This document shows, piece after piece, positions 19,559 to 28,830 of a stretch of DNA of 64,000 nt (its first letter is position 1; each line of letters starts with the position of its first letter). This DNA comes from an uncultured Anaerolinea sp. (GTDB lineage: Bacteria; Chloroflexota; Anaerolineae; Anaerolineales; Villigracilaceae), in assembly GCA_964543585.1 (NCBI GenBank), contig CAZIYY010000001.1, forward strand, positions 245 to 64,244. Reading direction: 5' to 3'. The notes below the pieces were generated by a model. That model was not told the DNA's origin, did not search any database, and saw only the letters and a list, made by a program, of their open reading frames with translations. Both the position numbers and the translations under genes were made by a program.

Positions 19559-20350
19559 ATGCCTCCTAGAAAGAAAAATACAATTGAACCCGTTATCGAG
19601 CCTGAATATTTGGAGGAACCAGTTCCATTCGCAACAGACGAAGATACCGTCACATTCAAGCGCAGTCATTTTTATTCCGCGCTGACTGTTTTAGCGTTCG
19701 CCGCGGGAATACTTGTCGGTTACGTGGTGTGGGGAACGGGACCTGCCGGGGGCGACGCGCAAACAGCGGGCCAGTCCTCGAGTCCGGTAATTGACGCGCC
19801 TGCCCCAACGCCTCATTACACCCGTTACGATATCCCCACCAAAGGCTTCCATTCCCTCGGTCCGAATGATGCGCCGATCACGATCGTTGAGTTCAGCGAT
19901 TTCCAATGTCCATATTGCCGCCGCTGGCATGCAGAGACGTATGAGCCATTGCTTGCCGCATATCCCGGCAAGATACGCGTGGTGTATCGCAACCTGCCGT
20001 TGATTTCGATACACTCCGATGCGTTTGTCGCCGCCGAAGCCGCCATGTGCGCGGGCGACCAGAATGTTTTCTGGCAATATCACGATAAACTGTTCAGCGG
20101 TGAGTCCCTGGGAAACGCGATCTACGAACAATACGCTCGGGAACTCAGCCTTGATATTCCGTCTTTTGTGGACTGCATCACGGAGCATAAATATCAGCAG
20201 GCGATCCAGGCAGACAGCGACTTCGCCTTGAACCTGGGCGTGAGTTCAACGCCGACATTCTTTGTCAACGGGCTTGCGATTGTGGGCGCCCAGCCGCTTA
20301 AGATTTTCAAACAACTGATTGACAAGGAACTGGCGGGAGAAATTCCATGA
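19559..20350 (+). CDS. DsbA-family thiol:disulfide oxidoreductase, membrane-anchored
   Basis: N-terminal TM helix, and CxxC motif FSDFQCPYCRRW in a thioredoxin/DsbA-like domain. Confidence 0.8.
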   Translation: MPPRKKNTIEPVIEPEYLEEPVPFATDEDTVTFKRSHFYSALTVLAFAAGILVGYVVWGTGPAGGDAQTAGQSSSPVIDAPAPTPHYTRYDIPTKGFHSLGPNDAPITIVEFSDFQCPYCRRWHAETYEPLLAAYPGKIRVVYRNLPLISIHSDAFVAAEAAMCAGDQNVFWQYHDKLFSGESLGNAIYEQYARELSLDIPSFVDCITEHKYQQAIQADSDFALNLGVSSTPTFFVNGLAIVGAQPLKIFKQLIDKELAGEIP

Positions 20351-21012
20351 AAAAATTTGTGGCAGTGGCTGGCAATATCGGCGTTGGAAAATCCACGCTC
20401 GTGGAATTGATCTGCGTCCGCATGGGTTGGGAACCGTTCTACGAACCCGTGACCGAGAACCCGTATCTCGCCGATTTTTACAACGATATGGACGCCTGGT
20501 CGTTCCATTCGCAGGTCTTCTTCCTCACGCACCGTCTGCGCTCGCATTATAAACTCGCGCAGCATCCCACGTCGGTTGTGCAGGACCGAAGCGTTTACGA
20601 GGATGCCGAGATCTTCGCGCAGAATTTATTCCTGCAGGGACACATTCAAAAGCGGGATTACCTGATCTATCGCGATCTTTACGAAACGATGATGCGCTTC
20701 CTCCCGCCCCCTGACCTGGTCGTCTATCTTCGGGCTTCCGTCCACACCCTTGAGAATCGCATTCAAAGCCGCGGACGCGCCTATGAACGCACCATCTCGC
20801 CCGATTATTTGCAGGGACTCAACAACCTCTACGAAACGTGGATTGATAATTTTACGCTTTGCCCGGTGCTGGCTGTCCCCGCGGATGATTTGGACTACGT
20901 CTCTCACCCCGGTCATTTGCGCTTGATCATCCAAAAAGTGGAGGAGAAGTTGACGGGCAAGGAGGAGGTTGTATTTGAAGCAGAGGAAGTGGCAAGAGCC
21001 GCAGAAGACTGA
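20347..21012 (+). CDS. Deoxynucleoside kinase
   Basis: P-loop GNIGVGKST, DRSVYED, and an arginine-rich lid RIQSRGRAYE. The start overlaps the upstream stop (ATGA). Confidence 0.85.
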   Translation: MKKFVAVAGNIGVGKSTLVELICVRMGWEPFYEPVTENPYLADFYNDMDAWSFHSQVFFLTHRLRSHYKLAQHPTSVVQDRSVYEDAEIFAQNLFLQGHIQKRDYLIYRDLYETMMRFLPPPDLVVYLRASVHTLENRIQSRGRAYERTISPDYLQGLNNLYETWIDNFTLCPVLAVPADDLDYVSHPGHLRLIIQKVEEKLTGKEEVVFEAEEVARAAED

Positions 21013-21016
21013 TAAG

Positions 21017-21051
21017 AAACGGGGCGGACGTAACGCCCGCCCGTTTTGTTT
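21017..21051 (+). terminator. Putative rho-independent terminator
   Basis: GC-rich stem CGGG(G)CGG / CCGCCCG with one bulge, followed by TTTTGTTTT. Confidence 0.55.
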
Positions 21052-21143
21052 TAAGGAACGTGTGTGGTTTAAATTCGCCGCAATGGACTCTAAACCCTGC
21101 ACGTTCTCGAATCTGACAAAATCCTTGGGTAGCTGAAATCGTA

Positions 21144-22601
21144 ATGAAGGTCATTATGAATTGCAAAATAAAGTGGCGAAAATTTTCCACAACCCTCATT
21201 CTGGTACTTCTGATAAGTGCCTGCAGCAGATTTTATGAAGTTTTCCCATCGCCTTCCGTATTCAAACTAGGCGACCCTACGGCAACACCACTTGGAAACG
21301 ATATAACAGACCCTAATTTTATTAAAGGTGTTGATGCCTTTAAAGCAAAGAACTATCAAGAAGTACTTAACCTTATGAGTGCAGTGATCGAAGCCGATCC
21401 TAATCTTGCGCCTCCATATCGGTATCGAGGCGCAGCATATTTGTCTCTTGGGGATTGCCAATCTGGGCTTGCAGATGAGGAAAAAGCCTTATCAATCAAT
21501 CCAAATTATGCCGCGGCTTTTGGTGCACGGGGAGCACTATACGGCTGCTTAGGAGATCACGAACAGGAGTTACAAGACTATCACAAGGCTCTTTCCATTG
21601 ATGCAAGTCTTGCATTTGTTCATAAGAATCTTGGAGTCTATTACTTCGATAAAGGAGATTATGAAAAATCTTTGGAAGAATATAACTTAAGTGTGGCAAT
21701 TGACCCATATAGGGCAGATGCATGGAGCGGAAAAAGCGAAGCGCTCGGTAGATTGGGGAGATTGGTAGAATGTATTCAAAGTGCCACTAAAGCCATTGAT
21801 TTGAATCCAAAGGAATGGCTTGCATATTCAGATCGAGGCGTTTGCGAACTCAACATCAACAATTTTACAGCGGCGGAAGCCGACTACATCGTATATCTCG
21901 CTCATTATCCTTATGACGTTTCCGGTTGGATAAATTTGGGTTATTCCCAGATGCAACTTGCCAAGCCCGAGGAGGCTGTCAATTCATTTGACAGGGCGCT
22001 GGAGATAAATCCGTCCACCTATCCAGCCTATGTTAATCGCGGGAATGCTTTGATTAGTCTCGGCGAGTACGAAAAGGCTTTGGACGATTTCAATCAGGCG
22101 CTTGAATTCGGCGATATCCCAAAAGCATATATCGGTCGAGGCACGGCGTATTACTGGCTGGAACAATACGACGAAGCCATTGCGGACCTGGAATTAGCCA
22201 CACAGAAAATGCCAGATAGTCCATCCAGTCATTGTATGCTCGCATTAACCTACCTCGAAGTCAGGAGATATCAAGATTCCCTGGATGCCGCAGCCACCGC
22301 CAATCAGATTCAGCCTGGGTATGGCGGACAACGACTCCTTGAAGCACAGGCACGCTCATATTACGCGCTAGGAAATTATAAGGAGGCGCTCTCCTATATA
22401 AACAAGGCAATTGAAATAAATGATTATGTGACCGGATATTACACAGGATATTACTATCGCGGGATCATATATCAGACTACCGGAAGAAACGAAGAAGCTG
22501 TTTCTGATTTGGAACGATTCCTTTTATTGACACAAGACACTAACGATTTTAAAGTGGAAGTTGCCAATGCCAAGGAAAGGCTTGCGGAATTAAAGCCATA
22601 G
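21144..22601 (+). CDS. TPR-repeat lipoprotein
   Basis: Lipobox LLISACS, followed by about ten TPR-like repeats (A..Y...G.....A..D...A). Confidence 0.8.
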   Translation: MKVIMNCKIKWRKFSTTLILVLLISACSRFYEVFPSPSVFKLGDPTATPLGNDITDPNFIKGVDAFKAKNYQEVLNLMSAVIEADPNLAPPYRYRGAAYLSLGDCQSGLADEEKALSINPNYAAAFGARGALYGCLGDHEQELQDYHKALSIDASLAFVHKNLGVYYFDKGDYEKSLEEYNLSVAIDPYRADAWSGKSEALGRLGRLVECIQSATKAIDLNPKEWLAYSDRGVCELNINNFTAAEADYIVYLAHYPYDVSGWINLGYSQMQLAKPEEAVNSFDRALEINPSTYPAYVNRGNALISLGEYEKALDDFNQALEFGDIPKAYIGRGTAYYWLEQYDEAIADLELATQKMPDSPSSHCMLALTYLEVRRYQDSLDAAATANQIQPGYGGQRLLEAQARSYYALGNYKEALSYINKAIEINDYVTGYYTGYYYRGIIYQTTGRNEEAVSDLERFLLLTQDTNDFKVEVANAKERLAELKP

Positions 22602-22676
22602 AATGGGCACAATCATTAGGTGGACAATCTGTCCGCCTTTTGTTTATCTGAAATCTCTGGTTTATAATTCGCCGCA

Positions 22677-25118
22677 ATGGACTCCAAAACCCTGCGCGTG
22701 CTTGAATACCCAAAGATCCTCGAACTGCTGAGAGCGTTCTGTGATTTCTCCGCTTCGATGGAATTGGCGCGCGCGCTTGAGCCGACCGATTCCTACGACC
22801 TCGCGCTTGCGCGTCTTGCTGAAACCAGTGAAGCGCGCAAATTATTCTTGGTTCAGGGCATCAGCATCGGCGGCGCACATGACATCCGCCCATCCGTTGA
22901 CCTGGCAGCGCGCGGCGGCGTGCTTGACCCCCAGCAGTTGCTGGACATCAAGTCCACGCTAATCTCGTGCCGTGAGATAAAAAAATCGCTTGAAAGAAAA
23001 ACGGATGAGTACCCGCGTCTCGCGCAGATCGCGATTGGCTTGCCTGAATCGCATGGCATCGTGGATGCGATCACGCGCGTGCTCTCGGAGCGCGGCGAAG
23101 TATTGGATTCCGCTTCGCCGAAACTTGCCACACTGCGACGTGAGATCAAGATCGCCCACGACCGTTTGATGTCGCGCCTGCAAAAATATCTCACCGAGTC
23201 GGCAAGCAAATTACAGGAACCCATCATCACACAGCGCGACGGACGATACGTCATCCCCTTGCGCGCAGAGTTCAAGAATCAGATCAAAGCCGTGGTGCAC
23301 GATCAATCCGCCAGCGGCGCGACCTTGTTCGTTGAGCCATTGCCCGTCGTCGAATTGAATAACACCGTCCGTGAACTGCAATTGAAGGCGCGCGACGAGG
23401 AACGCCGAATCCTCTATGAACTCTCGGTTCAGGTTGGCGAACATGCAACTGAATTCAAGTATGGCGTTGAGAATCTTGCAACGCTCGATCTTATTTTTGC
23501 GAAGGCAAAGTATGCGGAGGAGTTGAAGGCGAGTGAGCCGATGCTTCATAAGCTTTCAGCAGTCAGCAATCAGCGGTCGGCTAAAAACGAGAAGCAGGAA
23601 CACAAAGCTGAAAGCCAAACGCTGATTCGTTTGCTTCACGCCCGCCACCCTCTTCTCAATCCAGATAACGTCGTGCCAATTGATGTTGATCCAACGCCGG
23701 GAACGCGCGCAATTGTCATCACGGGCCCCAACACGGGCGGGAAAACAGTTTCACTCAAGACAGTCGGCTTGCTGGCGCTGATGGCGCAAAGCGGACTGCA
23801 CATCCCCGCGCAGAGCGGCTCTGAGTTGCCGTGTTTCCACAATGTCTTTGCAGATATCGGCGATGAGCAATCCATCGAGCAATCGCTCAGCACGTTCAGC
23901 GGTCACATCACAAATATCATTCGCATCCTCAAGCATATTGATCAGCGCTCGCTCGTCATCTTCGACGAACTCGGCGCGGGGACCGATCCGCAGGAGGGTG
24001 CGGCATTGGCGCGCGCGATTCTGAGCCATTTGCTCGAAAGTGGATGCGCGACCCTCGTCGCGACACATTACCCTGAACTCAAGACCTTCGCGCACTCAAC
24101 GGATGGCGTGGTCAACGCGTCTTTGGAATTTGACATCAAGACCCTGCGCCCGACCTATCACCTGACCATCGGACTCCCCGGTCGCTCCAACGCTCTGCTC
24201 ATTGCACAGCGCCTCGGTCTTCCCCAGCCGATCATTGATACCGCGAAAGCGGAGATTCACCCCGACGACCTGCGCGCCGACAAACTGCTCGACGACATCC
24301 GCAAGGAGCGCAACCGCACCTCGCGCGAACGCGAGAAGCTGGAAAAAGCGCGCACAAAACTGGAAACACAAACAAAAGAAATCGAAAACCGTCTGGAGAA
24401 GATCGAGGATGAACGCCGTGACGTGTTAGCCAAAGCCCGCGCGGAAGGCGAGTTGGAAGTGGCTGTTCTCAAGCAAAATATCGACTCGCTTAAATCACAA
24501 CTCAAAAAAGCAAGGCAACCTTTGGAGGCGTTGAAAGAGATCGAAGAAAAAGTTCAGGCTATTGAGGAAAAGATAGAGTCTCCAGTCGAACGTCAAAAGT
24601 CGAGCGTCAGTGCGCAATCGTCAGTCGTAAATCGTAAATACCCTTCGGGCCCGATGTCGTCAATCCAATTGGGTGAAAGAGTCACTCTCAGCACGTTGAA
24701 TGCTGAGGGTGTGGTGACAGCCCTGGGCGGGTCAGATGCGGAGGTCCAGATCGGGAGTCTGCGCGTGAGGGCGAGGCTGTCTGATTTGCAGAGGAAGTCG
24801 GGCAGCGAGTCAAACGTCGAAAGTCAAAAGTCAACTGACGTTAGACGTTCGACGTTTGACATCAAAGCATCTCCGGGGCTTGAAATTAATCTGCGCGGCA
24901 AACTGGTGGATGAGGGACTCGATGAGTTGGAAAAATATCTGGAGCGCGCCTATTCTGCGGGACTTTTATTCGTGCGGATCGTGCATGGCAAAGGGACGGG
25001 CAAACTGCGCGAGGCGGTGCGTAATGCGTTGAAGGGAAGCCCGTATATCGCGTCGTTCGAGGAGCCGAAGGATAATGAAGGCGGCTCGGGTGTGACCGTT
25101 GCAAAAATGGCGAAATAG
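22677..25118 (+). CDS. mutS2: Endonuclease MutS2 (MutS domain + Smr domain)
   Basis: Walker A GPNTGGKT, Walker B FDELGAGTDP, and a C-terminal Smr domain (INLRGKLVDEGL...VRIVHGKGTGKLR). Confidence 0.9.
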   Translation: MDSKTLRVLEYPKILELLRAFCDFSASMELARALEPTDSYDLALARLAETSEARKLFLVQGISIGGAHDIRPSVDLAARGGVLDPQQLLDIKSTLISCREIKKSLERKTDEYPRLAQIAIGLPESHGIVDAITRVLSERGEVLDSASPKLATLRREIKIAHDRLMSRLQKYLTESASKLQEPIITQRDGRYVIPLRAEFKNQIKAVVHDQSASGATLFVEPLPVVELNNTVRELQLKARDEERRILYELSVQVGEHATEFKYGVENLATLDLIFAKAKYAEELKASEPMLHKLSAVSNQRSAKNEKQEHKAESQTLIRLLHARHPLLNPDNVVPIDVDPTPGTRAIVITGPNTGGKTVSLKTVGLLALMAQSGLHIPAQSGSELPCFHNVFADIGDEQSIEQSLSTFSGHITNIIRILKHIDQRSLVIFDELGAGTDPQEGAALARAILSHLLESGCATLVATHYPELKTFAHSTDGVVNASLEFDIKTLRPTYHLTIGLPGRSNALLIAQRLGLPQPIIDTAKAEIHPDDLRADKLLDDIRKERNRTSREREKLEKARTKLETQTKEIENRLEKIEDERRDVLAKARAEGELEVAVLKQNIDSLKSQLKKARQPLEALKEIEEKVQAIEEKIESPVERQKSSVSAQSSVVNRKYPSGPMSSIQLGERVTLSTLNAEGVVTALGGSDAEVQIGSLRVRARLSDLQRKSGSESNVESQKSTDVRRSTFDIKASPGLEINLRGKLVDEGLDELEKYLERAYSAGLLFVRIVHGKGTGKLREAVRNALKGSPYIASFEEPKDNEGGSGVTVAKMAK
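24810..24859. repeat. 50-nt imperfect hairpin inside the mutS2 linker coding region
   Basis: TCAAACGTCGAAAGTCAAAAGTCA-AC-TGACGTTAGACGTTCGACGTTTGA, with 24-nt arms and 3 mismatches. It encodes SNVESQKSTDVRRSTFDI. Confidence 0.75.
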
Positions 25119-25195
25119 TTGATGTCATTGCTGCACCCCACGGGTTCGCAATGACATAAATGTTTTGAGTTGGTATAATTTCACAGGAGCAACTC

Positions 25196-25438
25196 ATGTC
25201 TTTAGATGATGCCATTAAACAAATGACCGACATAATCAAAAGCGCGTGCGGGAGCGCGGAGATCAAATCGGTGAAGATGTCGGATGAAGAGGCGCGCTTG
25301 AGTGTTTATGCGACCGCGGGAGATATGGAAAGGATCAAGGTCGCTACCTTTCAACCGGCGATCAATATGTTAAATAGCGATGGGCTGGATATTCAGGTGT
25401 TTGTGTACGATAAGGATGCGCCGCCGTTGAAAGGATGA
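25196..25438 (+). CDS. Hypothetical protein (80 aa)
   Basis: An isolated ORF followed by a clean terminator. No recognisable motif. Confidence 0.45.
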   Translation: MSLDDAIKQMTDIIKSACGSAEIKSVKMSDEEARLSVYATAGDMERIKVATFQPAINMLNSDGLDIQVFVYDKDAPPLKG

Positions 25439-25459
25439 AGGATGAATTAGGAAGGATGA

Positions 25460-25486
25460 AGACTCTCGATGAGAGAGTCTTTTTGT
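25460..25486 (+). terminator. Rho-independent terminator
   Basis: Stem AGACTCTC / GAGAGTCT with a 5-nt loop, then TTTTTG. Confidence 0.75.
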
Positions 25487-25499
25487 TTATGTCATCTAT

Positions 25500-25640
25500 C
25501 GCGCAGAGCGGGGCTGCATGCTTTTTATGCGGCGTAGACGAAGCGCAGCTTTTATGAAAACGTGCGCTTCGTCTGCGCCCTCGGTTTCGATACGGCGGAA
25601 GAACACCGCCTACTCAACCAGCGGGGCTCCGCTCAGCGCG
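25500..25640. repeat. Composite nested-hairpin repeat containing a REP-A unit
   Basis: Outer arms are CGCGCAGAGCGG / CCGCTCAGCGCG. Inner perfect arms are AGACGAAGCGCA (25536) / TGCGCTTCGTCT (25563). A REP-A unit GGTTTCGATAC...CTACTCAACC lies at 25583-25619. Confidence 0.7.
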
Positions 25641-25643
25641 AGG

Positions 25644-26570
25644 TTATTTCCCTATCACAGCACGCCAAACGGCGTTTAATGCTTCAAGTCCCGTCATGCG
25701 ATGGCGAAGCGCGGCTTCATCATTAAGATAAATTGCGCCCTGCAAGGGGCGGTCATTGCGTGTGTACAGTCCGCGATTGGGGAGGTCGGATAACGCCGCC
25801 CAAAAATTCCAGAGCGGAAGATCATATTCAACGGCGAGCAGAGCCATGTCGCGGTTGATGCGGTCATCCAGTTCGCGGTTATCGGCTTTGGTGGCAAGGA
25901 TCGGGACCACGCCAGCGTCCATTAACTGTGTAATGATCTTGCGCAGGTATTCCGTATTGCGCGACTCAAAGTGCGTGCCGACCTGGATGATGACGAATGA
26001 TGGGCGATGCGTGCGGAGTTCACATTGAACTGGCGTCTCTGCAAAAATACAGCCATACTCGCCGCGATGCCATTGAGTCCACAACAACGCTCCAGGCGTA
26101 GTGCCATCCTGTGATGTGGAATTTTCGCGATTGAACGAACCCTTGAAATAAGTCACGGTCTCGCGCAGTTCAGGCTCAAAGCTATCAACCAATTCCTTAT
26201 CGGTTTCAAACACACCGAAAAATTCATGGGGCCTGGTCTGGCAATCGCCGAAGATCGAAAAGGCGTGCGGGTCATTCCCCAATTTCAGTCCTCTTTCATA
26301 GACCTTTTGCAGACTGGAGTCTATGAACTCTGGTATTACGTGCCAACTTTTCCATTCAGTAGGGTCGGGTTCTGGATGCCTGGGCGTTGAGGTGAAAGTG
26401 GGAGTAGCAGGCGAAATTTTTTTTGGTGTGTGCGTTGCAGTTGGCAACGGCGTGATAACAGGTAATTGGTAATTGGAGATTGGGGACTGAGTCGGCGCGG
26501 GTGTGGGTTTCGCTCCGCAGGCAATGATGAGCATGCAAATCATTAGGGAAAAAATCAATATACGATTCAT
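25644..26570 (-). CDS. Secreted lipoprotein, SGNH-like family with a GDC motif (paralogue of 34351..35304)
   Basis: ATG at 26570 and lipobox LIIACGA. Blocks shared with the paralogue: YERGL.LGNDP..FSI.GDCQ, GSF.R, CEL, VPI.ATKADN, PLWNFWAA. Confidence 0.6.
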   Translation of the reverse strand: MNRILIFSLMICMLIIACGAKPTPAPTQSPISNYQLPVITPLPTATHTPKKISPATPTFTSTPRHPEPDPTEWKSWHVIPEFIDSSLQKVYERGLKLGNDPHAFSIFGDCQTRPHEFFGVFETDKELVDSFEPELRETVTYFKGSFNRENSTSQDGTTPGALLWTQWHRGEYGCIFAETPVQCELRTHRPSFVIIQVGTHFESRNTEYLRKIITQLMDAGVVPILATKADNRELDDRINRDMALLAVEYDLPLWNFWAALSDLPNRGLYTRNDRPLQGAIYLNDEAALRHRMTGLEALNAVWRAVIGK

Positions 26571-26577
26571 GGTGCTA

Positions 26578-26650
26578 TGTAGGGCGGGGTGACTATGTTG
26601 GGCTGGGAGACCCTTCGACACCTTCGGCAGGACAACGCCTAGCCCCTACG
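26578..26650. repeat. Degenerate REP-D-like element (TGTAGGGCGGGG ... GCCCCTACG)
   Basis: The arms resemble the GTAGGGGCG / CGCCCCTAC family. It is intergenic between two convergently terminating minus-strand genes. Confidence 0.45.
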
Positions 26651-27101
26651 CACCTCTACCGTTTTCCCATTCGCGCGCGAAACGCAGGATGCGATTGCGG
26701 ATATAAAACACATGCGGATCGGCAAATGACCTGCGCTCCTTGATCAACTGCATCGCGTCGTACGGATCCTGTCCCTGCGCGACCAGGATACACGCGCCCA
26801 TCGCCACCCCGCGATGGACTCCGCCCGCGCAATGAGCGTAAACCTTGCCGCCGTCGCGGATCGTTGCGAGCGCGGCACGCGCGCCGCGCTGCAAGGCTTT
26901 CATGGGAATGGGAAAGAAGGGACCGTCAATCGTTCTCAACGACAAAAAGTGGAGAGGTTGAACGTGTGGATCTGGTTTAGGGTGATGAGTAAGCCGCATG
27001 TTGATCACCAGCCTCACACCCAATTCTCGCAGACGGTCGTAATCGCCTACCGAGGGCGTGGTGCCGATGAACAGATCGTCAGTGATCTTTGAAAAATCCA
27101 T
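26646..27101 (-). CDS. Dual-specificity / tyrosine protein phosphatase
   Basis: Active-site loop HCAGGVHRG (HCx5R). The N-terminus DLFIGT is typical of the DSP fold. ATG at 27101, with an upstream GTG at 27131 possible. Confidence 0.8.
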   Translation of the reverse strand: MDFSKITDDLFIGTTPSVGDYDRLRELGVRLVINMRLTHHPKPDPHVQPLHFLSLRTIDGPFFPIPMKALQRGARAALATIRDGGKVYAHCAGGVHRGVAMGACILVAQGQDPYDAMQLIKERRSFADPHVFYIRNRILRFAREWENGRGA

Positions 27102-27214
27102 GCGCGGAATCTTATCACAGGGAAAACGCACTGGAATTTGATTCTGTAAATATCACCACCATAATAACCCATCCACGTTAGGGGAGTTGACGGGTATACT
27201 TAAGCCACTGAAAT

Positions 27215-27871
27215 ATGACCATACACAGCATCTCCCAAATCGGCGGCGTTCTTCGCAATGCTGTCACCTTCAATTTCAAAAACCCTCCTGATGTTTTGAG
27301 AAGGGCTGAGTCTCTTGTCGCTCAAACGGAGGGATTTTTCAATCTGCTTGAATCTCGCAACATTGATTTTGTTTTGGTAAACGGCATCGCCCTGCTGACA
27401 TATGTTGAAGGGCGCAATACACAGGATATTGACCTCATCATGGCATTGCCGTCACTGGCAAAATTTCCTGAAATTAAGATCGAAAGCCAGGATATGTATT
27501 TCGCAAGGGGAAAATTCGGCGAACTGCAAATTGACATCCTGTTGACAAAAAACCCCTTGTTCGCAACTGTGGAAAAGAATTACACGACGACCAAGCAATT
27601 CATGGATCGTTCCATCCGCTGCGCAACTGTGGAGGGATTAATCTTATTGAAGTTATTCGCTCTGCCATCACTGTATCGTCAGGGAAGTTTTGAGCGCGTG
27701 GGGATTTATGAAAACGACATTGCCACGCTCATGTATGCATTCAAGCCAAAGATGGAAACTCTTTTTGCAGAACTCGACAAACATCTAAATGAAGATGACA
27801 TGGCTGAGGCTCGCAAAATCGTTGCGGACGTTGAGACTCGGATTCAAAGATTCAGGAAGGCGAAGGGATAG
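27215..27871 (+). CDS. Pol-beta-superfamily nucleotidyltransferase-like protein (minimal NTase fold)
   Basis: VNGIALLTYVEGRNTQDIDLI fits hG-x13-DhD. A third acidic motif is ELQIDILL. A helical C-terminal half follows. Confidence 0.55.
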   Translation: MTIHSISQIGGVLRNAVTFNFKNPPDVLRRAESLVAQTEGFFNLLESRNIDFVLVNGIALLTYVEGRNTQDIDLIMALPSLAKFPEIKIESQDMYFARGKFGELQIDILLTKNPLFATVEKNYTTTKQFMDRSIRCATVEGLILLKLFALPSLYRQGSFERVGIYENDIATLMYAFKPKMETLFAELDKHLNEDDMAEARKIVADVETRIQRFRKAKG

Positions 27872-27945
27872 TTACACGTGTCTTGCGACTCAAACGGGGG
27901 ATTTTGTGCTAAAGTTAAAGACAACATATCCATCAGGAAAAGAGC

Positions 27946-28830
27946 ATGATTACCAATCTAACCGAATATCAACTGGAAGTAGCTAATTGGTTAGCACAAC
28001 AATATGAAAATGGGCTGCTACATGAAACATTCTCTGTTCAATGGGTTTCGAAAGAGAGGGAGAAAATAGCCAAGATTAACGATTTTAAAGGGAAGCAGAT
28101 TGAGATAACCTTTGCTGCTTTAGAAATACTTGAGCAGGAACAGCTATTGTTGACAGTAAGTAAAGAAATATATGACCCGCCCAAACCATCCAGTGCTCGT
28201 GGAGCATATACTCCAGTCTATGTGTTCCCTGTTAAGAAGCGAGAAACTGGCAGAACATATACTCTTCGAAACGACATCTTCCGTGCCAGAGATTTATGCT
28301 TGAAGCGCCAGTTAATAAAAGATGCTGAAAAAATACTTGGGTTTATGATTGCTCGCCCAACTGGGATGCAGTTTGCAACACGATCAGAACTAATGTCTGC
28401 ATTGCAAATGGGCGACGAGAGATACGAGAAAGTTTGTCAATTCTTGGAGGATTTTGAACTTATTGGTCATAGACCAAGTGTAGGAATGTTATGGGGAGAT
28501 ATTCGACCAACCAAAAGGGGTCGGCAAGTAGTGCATGAAAAGTCGCTAGAGAATTTGGTTCTCACACAATCACCTGTTGTGAATTACAACTTGGGTGACC
28601 AGATAAGTGTAACAAACACAGGAAAAAATGTTTCTATCGCTGCTGGACGTCAAGCCAGTTCAACTCAGGGATTAACTGCGGCAGAGGTTGAGGAATTGTT
28701 TGAAGCGATATTGCAAAAACTGGAACAACGAACAGACCTTTCAAATGCTAAGAAGCAAGAAATAAAAGAAACTGTCGAGCTTATCCAAAATGAAACTCAA
28801 AAGGAACAGCAGCCGACGAAAAAGCTTTGA
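27946..28830 (+). CDS. Hypothetical protein, no recognisable family (possible winged-helix-like core, polar coiled tail)
   Basis: 294-aa ORF preceded by AGGAAAAGAGC-ATG. It is visibly AT-richer than its neighbours. The tail reads AEVEELFEAILQKLEQRTDLSNAKKQEIKETVELIQNETQKEQ. Confidence 0.55.
   Translation: MITNLTEYQLEVANWLAQQYENGLLHETFSVQWVSKEREKIAKINDFKGKQIEITFAALEILEQEQLLLTVSKEIYDPPKPSSARGAYTPVYVFPVKKRETGRTYTLRNDIFRARDLCLKRQLIKDAEKILGFMIARPTGMQFATRSELMSALQMGDERYEKVCQFLEDFELIGHRPSVGMLWGDIRPTKRGRQVVHEKSLENLVLTQSPVVNYNLGDQISVTNTGKNVSIAAGRQASSTQGLTAAEVEELFEAILQKLEQRTDLSNAKKQEIKETVELIQNETQKEQQPTKKL

Noticed and set aside
27215-28830. Calling genes 1 and 2 of the STAND neighbourhood an AbiEi/AbiEii type IV toxin-antitoxin pair
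   Set aside because: The gene order is reversed relative to the usual antitoxin-then-NTase arrangement. The NTase is shorter than typical AbiEii proteins. I cannot identify the AbiEi wHTH-plus-C-terminal-domain pattern in gene 2. The possibility is kept only as an alternative under the main finding.
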